Part shown: positions 1-8,045 of the stretch, in pieces
Layout: each line of letters starts with the position of its first letter
Position numbering within the stretch: the first letter of the stretch is position 1
Origin: a virus
Direction: 5' to 3' (one strand)
Length of the DNA: 64,000 nucleotides
IMG/VR virus record: IMGVR_UViG_3300028610_002873
Position numbers and translations under genes: made by a program
The notes under the pieces: model-generated
What the model saw: only the letters and a program-made list of their open reading frames with translations
What the model was told of the DNA's origin: nothing
The model's database searches: none

Positions 1-100
1 AAGAAATCTTTCAACAAAATTATTACCTTGTTTTTGGTCAATTATCCGAATTGGACGATGGAGGAATTTAAAAATGTCATGTGCGAATTGTGGATCAATT

Positions 101-268
101 TTACCCATCTAAAGTTCCTTTTTGTAATAATAATGCACAATCATGACAATATAATTCCAATTCATCATCACCAAAAATATCAGCAGCAGGTGGAAAATAT
201 GCTAAAGATTCTTCACATTCTGCACAACGAATTATCTCCCATGCTGTAATATTCCCATTTCCGCCCAT
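101..268 (-). CDS. small zinc-ribbon protein, 55 aa (CAEC...CHDC)
   Basis: ORF below the track cutoff, translated by hand: MGGNGNITAWEIIRCAECEESLAYFPPAADIFGDDELELYCHDCALLLQKGTLDG. AGGA lies upstream. It sits directly downstream of the baseplate-J gene. It has the same length and Cys spacing as 3465..3632. Confidence 0.4.
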   Translation of the reverse strand: MGGNGNITAWEIIRCAECEESLAYFPPAADIFGDDELELYCHDCALLLQKGTLDG

Positions 269-282
269 TTAAATTATTTCCT

Positions 283-3090
283 TCATATTACAGAAACCGT
301 TACTGTTCCAGCTATTGGTAATTCCCTTGTAGCCAAAACTACATCGGCTGATGGAGTTGTTAAAACTACTTTTTTAATATTTACTGGATCGACTTCAAAA
401 ATTTCAGCAATGATTACTGAAAATGGTATCTCTTGCCCAAATTCCCATCTTTTTGTTACACCATCATCAAATGTTGCTTCAGGATTTAAAAGTGATGTAA
501 TTGCATTTTTAATTTGTTCTTCATTACCTCCTGTAACAGTTGCAACAACATCGATAATTTTTGGTGTAAAATTGACAATTGTAACTTCATGATTGGATAA
601 AATAATTGGACTAATCCCAAGTACTTTATTCCCATTAAAAAAATCAGTTAATTCTGTTCTTTCAGCTTCAGTTAATAAAATTCCACCTTGTCCTACAACA
701 ACTAGTTCAATTGTTTTAACTCCAAAAGTTTCTTCAATTCCTAATGCTCGACTTACAATTTCACTCCCACTAGCAGCAGTAAATTGAGTAGCTAAAAATT
801 CAAAGTCTGGAATAGTAATAGCTCTACCTCTAGTTCGAAGTGTTGCTGGGCCTTCAATTTTTAATCTTGCTAAATCTTCATCAGTAGAGCCTTCTTTAAC
901 TGTAAATCCTTTAGCTTGACGTGGATTAAAAATTCGGTCAACAAAACTAATTCCACTTTTATTAACTGTGATAGTTTCAGCGCCAACATTTCCATCATTA
1001 TCGGCACCAATTCGATAAATCGCTCGTATATTATCGACACCAGCAAGAGGAATTTTACCTCTAGTTCCATCTCCAAATTTTATTGTAGCTTGATCATCAG
1101 CGGCGATAGTAACTGTTAAATCTTTTGATACTGAAGTAGAATTTAGAAAATTTTCTACAATATTCCAAGGTTGAAAACCTGATCCCTCGTTTGCTTCAAC
1201 AATTAATGTTCCTTCAATAATAGGATTGAAAGTTAATAAAAATGCTTGATCAGGAGTACCATTTGAACTCGCTAATGGGTCTTCAGCTACAGATTGTCCT
1301 TGAACTACAGGTACTAATAAAAATTGTTTTCCAGTATCAATTCTTATTCGATCTACATTTGGATTTTTTCCAATTCCAATATTTTCATGAGGGAAAGAAG
1401 TTTCGCTTAATCCTAATATTTCAAATGTCGCATCGTTGCCTGATGGTGCGACTAATCGTACAAGACTTAGACCACCTACAATGGGTGAAGTTAATTTAAG
1501 TTGACCGCCACTATCGCTTGCAACACTAGAAAGACTTGCATCAACTACAGTTAATGCTGCATTTATATTTGAAACAATTGTACTGATTGTATAAGGAGAA
1601 CTAACACCTGCATCTCCAGTTACATCAATTTCAGTTTCTGCAAACGCATCAACTTTAATTTTAATATTAAAATTAGATGTATCAAGAGCACTACCATCAA
1701 AACCTGTTCCAGTTATACTAGCTGCTGTTTCGGTAAATTTTGTTACTCGAAATCTTGACCAAGATCCAGCTAAACTATTGACAATAGTTGATATCCAATT
1801 TTGTGTTTGATTTTGTGGTAAATCAAATGAAACTTTACCATCAGCTGTAAAAAATGAGGTTAAATCATTGGTATTTGCTACTTCATTCCAGACTGATCCA
1901 ACTACATAAGCTTGTTCATCAAGATCAACAACTGCTTGTCCTAAAAGACCTTTAGTTGTAATAATATTTTTTCCACCAGTAAATGTACTTACAACAGTTT
2001 CTGATGCACCTGTTGCTGATAGAACAACTCGAACAACAGTATCTTTTCTATTACTTGTTCCTAAAAAATCAGTTAAATCAAATTCAAGATTTGATCCAAG
2101 ATTTGTTACAGAATCAGGTTTATCATCATCTAATGTATTATCAAAAAATTCCCAAACCCCTTCAATACCTGAACCAAAAGAATTAAAAACAAATTCTACA
2201 GTATCCCATAAAATATCTAGATGATTTATATAAATAATATCACCAGCTTTTGGTTTATCATCAAATAAGTCAAAAAATAAACCATCTGTTGATGCTAATC
2301 CAACTCGATTTAATCCAAATCCTCCACTTAAAACATCAAAATTATCAGTAGCACCATCATCTTCAACAATAGAAATTGATTCTACATCTTGGGCTAATGG
2401 GATGATTGAAATTATATCAATTCCATCGTTAATTGCGAATACACGTCCATTAATTTCATCAGCAACAGAATTATTAATTGAATCTGTAATAGCTTGTAAG
2501 GTTAAAGCAATGGTTCCGCCTGGTGTCCATTCAATACCATTTCTAAAATCAACACCCTCAATAGTAAGTTTATCACCACCATCAAAAGCATTATCTTTAA
2601 TTAAAATTTTACCAGCTGTAAATGTGAAAATAGATGTAGGATTATCTGTTGGTGTTATTGTAAAACTTAAATCAGTTTCATAAATAATTTGAGGATTTTC
2701 TTCTGTTTCAACTGTAGCAAACTGTGAATTGATTGGAACAATATTTGTACTAGCAAGAAATACTTTTGAAAATTCTAAGATAACATCAGCTTGAGCAGGT
2801 TTAGCCTGGCTCAATCTAACATCAATTAAAGCTAATTGGCCTTTAACTGATTCTAAAAGCCGTGAAGTAGGTAATAAAGTTTCTGTTGCAGCAATATCCA
2901 ATAGAACATTGTTTAAATGCGCAACTAATGCAAACGCACTTAAAAGCTGGATAAAGGGTTCATTTGGATTTTCATCTGTAATTTCAGGTACAAAAGTTCG
3001 TTTAAATTGCAATAATGATCGAAAAATTTCAGGATAATAAAAGCCAGAAAAATCAAAATCAGGAATTTCTATTATGTCACCATTAGCCAC
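283..3090 (-). CDS. baseplate J-like wedge protein (gpJ/gp47/Afp11 class) with large central insertions, 935 aa
   Basis: The N-terminus (FYYPEIFRSLLQFKRTFVPEITDENPNEPFIQLLSAFALVAHLNNVLLDIAATETLLPTSR) is typical of Baseplate_J. It follows the gp25-like gene, as in P2/Mu/eCIS baseplate modules. Confidence 0.75.
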   Translation of the reverse strand: MANGDIIEIPDFDFSGFYYPEIFRSLLQFKRTFVPEITDENPNEPFIQLLSAFALVAHLNNVLLDIAATETLLPTSRLLESVKGQLALIDVRLSQAKPAQADVILEFSKVFLASTNIVPINSQFATVETEENPQIIYETDLSFTITPTDNPTSIFTFTAGKILIKDNAFDGGDKLTIEGVDFRNGIEWTPGGTIALTLQAITDSINNSVADEINGRVFAINDGIDIISIIPLAQDVESISIVEDDGATDNFDVLSGGFGLNRVGLASTDGLFFDLFDDKPKAGDIIYINHLDILWDTVEFVFNSFGSGIEGVWEFFDNTLDDDKPDSVTNLGSNLEFDLTDFLGTSNRKDTVVRVVLSATGASETVVSTFTGGKNIITTKGLLGQAVVDLDEQAYVVGSVWNEVANTNDLTSFFTADGKVSFDLPQNQTQNWISTIVNSLAGSWSRFRVTKFTETAASITGTGFDGSALDTSNFNIKIKVDAFAETEIDVTGDAGVSSPYTISTIVSNINAALTVVDASLSSVASDSGGQLKLTSPIVGGLSLVRLVAPSGNDATFEILGLSETSFPHENIGIGKNPNVDRIRIDTGKQFLLVPVVQGQSVAEDPLASSNGTPDQAFLLTFNPIIEGTLIVEANEGSGFQPWNIVENFLNSTSVSKDLTVTIAADDQATIKFGDGTRGKIPLAGVDNIRAIYRIGADNDGNVGAETITVNKSGISFVDRIFNPRQAKGFTVKEGSTDEDLARLKIEGPATLRTRGRAITIPDFEFLATQFTAASGSEIVSRALGIEETFGVKTIELVVVGQGGILLTEAERTELTDFFNGNKVLGISPIILSNHEVTIVNFTPKIIDVVATVTGGNEEQIKNAITSLLNPEATFDDGVTKRWEFGQEIPFSVIIAEIFEVDPVNIKKVVLTTPSADVVLATRELPIAGTVTVSVI

Positions 3091-3093
3091 GAT

Positions 3094-3465
3094 TTACCCC
3101 TTTGCGAATGATCGTCTGAAAGTTTCAACCTTATTTGTTTCTAAGTCTACATAACTAACAATTAATGCTACCTCACCTAAAGTATCTTCATCAAATGTAA
3201 TCGGTGTACTAGGTGCTAATTCTAATAATCCTAAAAATTGTCCAAAAATTCGTTGCACTTCTCTTTTTGCTTTTCCTCTAAAAGCAGCGTCTTTAATGCT
3301 AAAAATGAGATTTGGATTCAATCCTAAATTCTGAAAAGCATTGTCATCCCCACCTTCAGATAATGCTAATGTGAGCAATTTTTTCTTTTGCTCAGCGCCA
3401 TTTTTTTCAATAGCTGCCCCTCCAGATTTATTAACTCCGACTGGAATTTTTAATCCTGTAGCCAT
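3094..3465 (-). CDS. baseplate wedge protein, GPW/gp25-like, 123 aa
   Basis: Size and position immediately upstream of the gpJ-like gene fit. The C-terminal pattern (REVQRIFGQFLGLLELAP...GEVALIVSYVDLET) resembles gp25/W. Confidence 0.55.
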   Translation of the reverse strand: MATGLKIPVGVNKSGGAAIEKNGAEQKKKLLTLALSEGGDDNAFQNLGLNPNLIFSIKDAAFRGKAKREVQRIFGQFLGLLELAPSTPITFDEDTLGEVALIVSYVDLETNKVETFRRSFAKG

Positions 3466-3632
3466 TATATAATCTTCCTTTTAATCAATTTTTTATATTT
3501 TTGAAATTTTTCCATTTTACAATCTTTACAAATATAAACTTTATCCCCATTTTTGCCTTTTAAAATACCAGTGAGTTTTTTAAAATTTAACCCCTTTTCA
3601 CAATTATAACAATTTCCTAGTTTATCATCCAT
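3465..3632 (-). CDS. small zinc-ribbon protein, 55 aa (CYNC...CKDC)
   Basis: Hand translation: MDDKLGNCYNCEKGLNFKKLTGILKGKNGDKVYICKDCKMEKFQKYKKLIKRKII. Its TAA stop overlaps the gp25-like ATG (TAATG), which suggests translational coupling. Confidence 0.5.
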   Translation of the reverse strand: MDDKLGNCYNCEKGLNFKKLTGILKGKNGDKVYICKDCKMEKFQKYKKLIKRKII

Positions 3633-3640
3633 ATCTTTTA

Positions 3641-4141
3641 TCATTCAACCCTCACACTTATATCAATATCAATATCTGGAATATCAGGTATTGGTATTGC
3701 AGGTAAATCAGGCAGATTTGGAAAAGGAATGGCCAAACTTGGTGGAAATGGGATGCTTGGTAATCCTAATGATGGCAAAGTTGGTAAATCAAGATCTGGT
3801 ACATCAAGATCAGATGAAAATTCAGGTAAATCAAGATCAGGTTGATTTGGCGAATCAGGTAAACTAGGAAATGGTATAGTCAAACTAGGTGGAAACGGAA
3901 TAGAAGGTAAACCTAATGATGGTAAACCAGCTATATTAACATCAGGTACATCGAGATCAGATGAAAATTCAGGTAAATCAAGATCAGGTTGATTTGGCAA
4001 ATCAGGTAAACTAGGAAATGGTATAGTTAAACTAGGTGGAAAAGGAATACTAGGTAATTCAAGTATTGGTTGACGAAATTCAAAATTAAAAACTTCATCT
4101 TCATCAATTTTTCCAATTGCTGTTGTTACAAGAGTTGACAC
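3641..4141 (-). CDS. proline-rich tandem-repeat protein, 166 aa (baseplate module)
   Basis: Contains 2.8 copies of a 49-aa unit, LPSIPFPPSLTIPFPSLPDLPNQPDLDLPEFSSDLDVPD... It is contiguous with its neighbours in the gene chain. Confidence 0.6.
   Translation of the reverse strand: MSTLVTTAIGKIDEDEVFNFEFRQPILELPSIPFPPSLTIPFPSLPDLPNQPDLDLPEFSSDLDVPDVNIAGLPSLGLPSIPFPPSLTIPFPSLPDSPNQPDLDLPEFSSDLDVPDLDLPTLPSLGLPSIPFPPSLAIPFPNLPDLPAIPIPDIPDIDIDISVRVE
3644..4057. repeat. 147-bp tandem repeat (about 2.8 copies) inside the proline-rich CDS
   Basis: The DNA segment caggttgatttggc[g/a]aatcaggtaaactaggaaatggtatagt recurs with a 147-bp period. Confidence 0.85.
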
Positions 4142-4549
4142 TTATTTCACCTTTTTCTTTATTTTTACTAAATCTAATCCAGTTAAATCATCTGATGTAA
4201 TTTCACCAATATCTGGCGCATCTTCTAATTTTGCTGGCCCATCTACTCTAGCTTCATCTTGTAATTGAAGTTCTAAAATTTGTCGTTTTAATAATGAAGT
4301 AATCGTTGATTTTGGTACACCTGGATCAAATTCAAGTTCTAATGTTCGATAAACTGGAACCATTTCATATTGAAGTTTATTATCTTTATCCAAAATAGGA
4401 ACATTTGTATTTGGATCTAATTTTGGTTTAGGAACATCAGCAATTTTAATTGGATGCCCACCACGTAAAAATTCAAATTTAAATGCAATTTTATTTGTAG
4501 CTTGGTTTACATATTTTCTAACTTGTTTAATTGAATATTTATGTTTCAT
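4142..4549 (-). CDS. hypothetical baseplate-module protein, 135 aa
   Basis: ORF in the co-directional chain. It has a 4-nt overlap with the upstream ORF and abuts the downstream ORF. Confidence 0.5.
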   Translation of the reverse strand: MKHKYSIKQVRKYVNQATNKIAFKFEFLRGGHPIKIADVPKPKLDPNTNVPILDKDNKLQYEMVPVYRTLELEFDPGVPKSTITSLLKRQILELQLQDEARVDGPAKLEDAPDIGEITSDDLTGLDLVKIKKKVK

Positions 4550-4821
4550 AAAATTATACCTACTCCTGGTTGTGCGACAATTGGAAATGGGCCTCCTAAT
4601 GGTCCAGTACCTGTAATCCCATTGACAAGTGTATTTACTAAAGCATTTATTTGAAAATGTAAAATAACATCTAATGCTACAGCTGTTGCAATTGCATTTG
4701 CTAATTTAATTTGATTAGCAGCAGCAACAGGATCTGCTAAAACTTCAGGAAAATTAGTTTGAAGTTGAGTTTGAAGACTTGCAAACATTGTTGCTGTTAA
4801 TAATGGTGGATTTAAAGGCAT
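4546..4821 (-). CDS. hypothetical protein, 91 aa, downstream of the spike gene
   Basis: It has a 1-nt overlap with the spike gene and a 4-nt overlap with the next ORF. No PAAR motif was seen. Confidence 0.5.
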   Translation of the reverse strand: MPLNPPLLTATMFASLQTQLQTNFPEVLADPVAAANQIKLANAIATAVALDVILHFQINALVNTLVNGITGTGPLGGPFPIVAQPGVGIIL

Positions 4822-5756
4822 TAGAGTAAATTCCCTTTCAATTTAATAAATGAAGCAGTCGGCGCTGTAGGTGGAGATAAATCAAATAACGCATAAGTAA
4901 CTGGAGCAAATGGCGGCCCAGTTAATCCAACAGCTGATGGATGAAAATGTGTGTCAAATAAAACAGATAAGTTCTGAGAAATAACCGCATTAAAAACAGC
5001 AAATTTACCAAGATTTACTGACCCCGCTTCAATATTTGCAACTCCAGTATTTGCAATAAATTCATCAGTTGAAATAGCTTGAATCGTCCCATCTTTTATA
5101 GTTAAAAGATTTCCATCTTTATCAGACAAAACAACATCGTCTTTTAATTTAAAAAATGATCCATCTTTTGAAACACCTGAAACAGTATTAGTTTCACTAT
5201 CTAAAAATAAATAAGCACCATCTTTTCCAATTAATTTAAATGATCCATTTTTATCAATTTGAAATAAAGCGCCTGAATTGTGACGAATCACAATTTGTGG
5301 GCTATCTGCTTTATCATCTAAAATAATTGAATGTCCTTTTCCAGTATTTAATTCAAATCTTTCTTCACCTTCAGTGTCATCAAACATTAAAATATGACCA
5401 CTATTGGTTTTCCAGCCCATTCGTTTTGTATAATTTTTTTTAAATTCTTCAGCAATATCTGCTGATGTTGAATAAACCATACATCGCCATCTTGGTTCTG
5501 GTAATTCAACATCAGTAGTATCAAAACTTCCATCATCCATTTCAATTTCGATTTCTATTTCATCCCCAACTTTAGGGACAAAAAAGAATCCGGCTCCATT
5601 AGCTGAAGCATATGGATAACAAGGAAGTGCAGGAAGTGGGTATTCACCATCAAAAATTGTAGGCGCTTCAAAAAACACACCACCACGAAGTCCAACACCC
5701 AAATCTGGATCTGTATTTCGTGTTACAATTGCATTATGGGTTTGTTTAACAGACAT
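4821..5756 (-). CDS. central baseplate spike (gpV / gp5 / VgrG-like OB-fold plus beta-helix), 311 aa
   Basis: Motif GVFFEAPTIFDGEYPLPALPCYPYASANGAGFFFVPKVGDEIEIEIEMDDG resembles the Phage_base_V / gp5 OB fold. The C-terminal half has short beta-repeat character. It follows the hub gene. Confidence 0.7.
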   Translation of the reverse strand: MSVKQTHNAIVTRNTDPDLGVGLRGGVFFEAPTIFDGEYPLPALPCYPYASANGAGFFFVPKVGDEIEIEIEMDDGSFDTTDVELPEPRWRCMVYSTSADIAEEFKKNYTKRMGWKTNSGHILMFDDTEGEERFELNTGKGHSIILDDKADSPQIVIRHNSGALFQIDKNGSFKLIGKDGAYLFLDSETNTVSGVSKDGSFFKLKDDVVLSDKDGNLLTIKDGTIQAISTDEFIANTGVANIEAGSVNLGKFAVFNAVISQNLSVLFDTHFHPSAVGLTGPPFAPVTYALFDLSPPTAPTASFIKLKGNLL

Positions 5757-7171
5757 TAAAAACCTTCTCCCACTCCGCTTGAAATAGTACTACTACGACC
5801 ACTTTCTTCTTTTTTAACTTTTTCAAATCTTCGATCAGTTTCACTAATTTCAAATGCTGGCGGTGATTGAACAACTTCATCATCAATTACATTTCTACAA
5901 TTAAAACTTGTTGAATAAGGACCATCTTTTGACATTTTATGAACAACTTTTGTAAAATAATATTTGCCTGAAAGTGTATCACTAATTCCTTCTAGATTAT
6001 GAACTTGTCTAGATTGAATAACTTCATTACCCACTAATGAACCACTTCCAGTTACAAAATGTTCTTTTTGTCTTTTGATGAATTCTTGAATTGATTTTCT
6101 AGCATCGGATTCTGATTTAAATCTTTTATGTGGAGGAAATTTAAAACTTCTTCCAAAAGCTTTGAATGCAACTTGAATCCCATCTTTATTAAATGGTGGT
6201 TTAGAAAATGCTTTTGCTCCAATTCGTGCTTCTTTTAATTCAGCAAGTTGTTTTTGTTCTTCATTCCCAAATTTTTTAAACGGATTAAATGACGATCCAC
6301 CAACTTTTTTATTTGTTACTAAAAATATTTCAAAGTCTGTACCTTGGTCATATGCATCCAAAGTCGGATTAAATGATAGTAATGTATTTTTATATGAAAG
6401 ATCACCTTCATTATATGTAAAAGTAAATACTTCTCTTTGTTTGGCTAATGCCCCCGGTTGAAAAAATAAAACGAATTTCTTTCGATCAGGATCAAATTTA
6501 GAAAATAAATCAAAACCATTTATACCTGCGATCTTTTTTAAAAATTCATAATCACTAACGCCTTTTGGTTGAACTCGGTTAAATAAACCAGCTGTTCTAC
6601 GAATATTTTCAAATGATCGTGAATCTTTAATTTTGATATCAAAACCATTTCTTGACCCAATGATTGAAGCAATTTGACTATCACGAAAATTCTTATAAGA
6701 AACTCCACTTCTTGGACGTTTTCTAGAAGCTTTATAAAGTAAATCAAAACATTCAATACTTAATGTAGGTGGTGAATCCTTTGGAAAATCAGGTTCTTTT
6801 TTTACAATAATTCCTGCTCCAATTGTAACAAGACTTTTTCCATAACCCATTTTTAATTCAATAATATGCCCTTCAGCAAATAATTTTGAATCTAAAATTG
6901 ATAACACTTTACCACCACCAAAATTATCTATTTGATTACTAAAATTTATTATCAATTTATCAAATTGAGTAGCATTATCTTCATAACTAATTTCACTAAT
7001 AAAAGTTTTAATTTCTTCAGTAATTTGCATTGCCTGAGACCCAATACCAGCTCTAATAAATAATTCATAAACTGGGGTATGAATATCTCTTGGTTTTACT
7101 ACATTAGAACCAAGTGATTGTGTTTCAGTAGCTGAAATTTTTCCTTGATTTATTAATGATGTAACGGACAT
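5756..7171 (-). CDS. baseplate hub / late control gene D-like protein, 471 aa
   Basis: Its size and its position between the LysM protein and the spike match gpD/gp27/Mu gp44 synteny. Confidence 0.6.
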   Translation of the reverse strand: MSVTSLINQGKISATETQSLGSNVVKPRDIHTPVYELFIRAGIGSQAMQITEEIKTFISEISYEDNATQFDKLIINFSNQIDNFGGGKVLSILDSKLFAEGHIIELKMGYGKSLVTIGAGIIVKKEPDFPKDSPPTLSIECFDLLYKASRKRPRSGVSYKNFRDSQIASIIGSRNGFDIKIKDSRSFENIRRTAGLFNRVQPKGVSDYEFLKKIAGINGFDLFSKFDPDRKKFVLFFQPGALAKQREVFTFTYNEGDLSYKNTLLSFNPTLDAYDQGTDFEIFLVTNKKVGGSSFNPFKKFGNEEQKQLAELKEARIGAKAFSKPPFNKDGIQVAFKAFGRSFKFPPHKRFKSESDARKSIQEFIKRQKEHFVTGSGSLVGNEVIQSRQVHNLEGISDTLSGKYYFTKVVHKMSKDGPYSTSFNCRNVIDDEVVQSPPAFEISETDRRFEKVKKEESGRSSTISSGVGEGF

Positions 7172-7180
7172 GTATCACCT

Positions 7181-8044
7181 TTAAAGAAAAATTGTTGTTG
7201 GCCTATTACGTGAAGCCAATTTTAAATCCCTTAAGTCTAAATTTTCTGGAGTGTTTTTTAAAGCTATACTCTGTTGTGTAACTCTAATTTGTGAAATTTC
7301 ATCTGCTTCAATAAGAATAATTTCATCACCTGGAGTCAATGTAGCTTTGCCAGGTTGAACCCGTCTTAATACATCACCCAATAACGGATCTCCATATTCT
7401 TTGTCAGCAATTGATTCAAGAGTATCACCATCTTTCACGTTTACTGTTCTACTTTGTGTATGTAAAGACGCGCCTGGAATATTAACAAGGCTTTTTACAG
7501 TTGAAGCAATACCAATTCCACCAGCGATAATTCCAGCACCAAATTTAATTGCGCCAGCTAAATTAGAAGCTGAATCTTTTATTTCATTTTCGGTTGAAGT
7601 TTTTTGAAATTGAATATCAACAATAGCTCCACGTAAAGCGCCATTTGTTCGAATTTCATCATAACTAATCCGAACACCACGAATAAATCCGACAAATTCT
7701 AGATCAGTTCCAATGACTAATTGAACTTTTGGAGCGCGTTTTAAAGTTGAATCTCTACGTGCAAATCTTTTTAATTCAGCTAATTGTTGATTAATACTTG
7801 TAAAAAGATCAGAAGTTTTCCAAAGTCTAGCAGTAAAACTAATTGTTTCAGCTTCTCCACGAACCCATTGAAATGCTGGTGTAGATTTATTAATTGTAGT
7901 GGTTTCTCCTAAAAAAGCACCAATAGTTTCTTCTAAATTTTGGGCAATAAAATCACCTTCAAACTCAGTTTCAAAGCCTGAATCCAGTCCGATGATTTTA
8001 AAAGTTTTTGAACTAAACCCTAAAAGTTCACCAATAAAACCCAT
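7181..8044 (-). CDS. LysM-domain tail protein (gpX/Afp7-like tube initiator class), 287 aa
   Basis: C-terminal LysM-like motif VKDGDTLESIADKEYGDPLLGDVLRRVQPGKATLTPGDEIIL. It lies directly after the tape measure gene. Confidence 0.7.
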   Translation of the reverse strand: MGFIGELLGFSSKTFKIIGLDSGFETEFEGDFIAQNLEETIGAFLGETTTINKSTPAFQWVRGEAETISFTARLWKTSDLFTSINQQLAELKRFARRDSTLKRAPKVQLVIGTDLEFVGFIRGVRISYDEIRTNGALRGAIVDIQFQKTSTENEIKDSASNLAGAIKFGAGIIAGGIGIASTVKSLVNIPGASLHTQSRTVNVKDGDTLESIADKEYGDPLLGDVLRRVQPGKATLTPGDEIILIEADEISQIRVTQQSIALKNTPENLDLRDLKLASRNRPTTIFL

Positions 8045-8045
8045 T

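Noticed and set aside
28-249. Plus-strand 73-aa ORF at the window start
   Set aside because: It is antisense to the hand-found minus-strand zinc-ribbon ORF 101..268, which fits the gene chain better, and it has no RBS.
4546-4821. The 91-aa ORF after the spike as a PAAR spike-tip protein
   Set aside because: It has no PAAR motifs and no Cys/His metal ligands. The sequence is Ala/Leu/Gly-rich and helical-looking.
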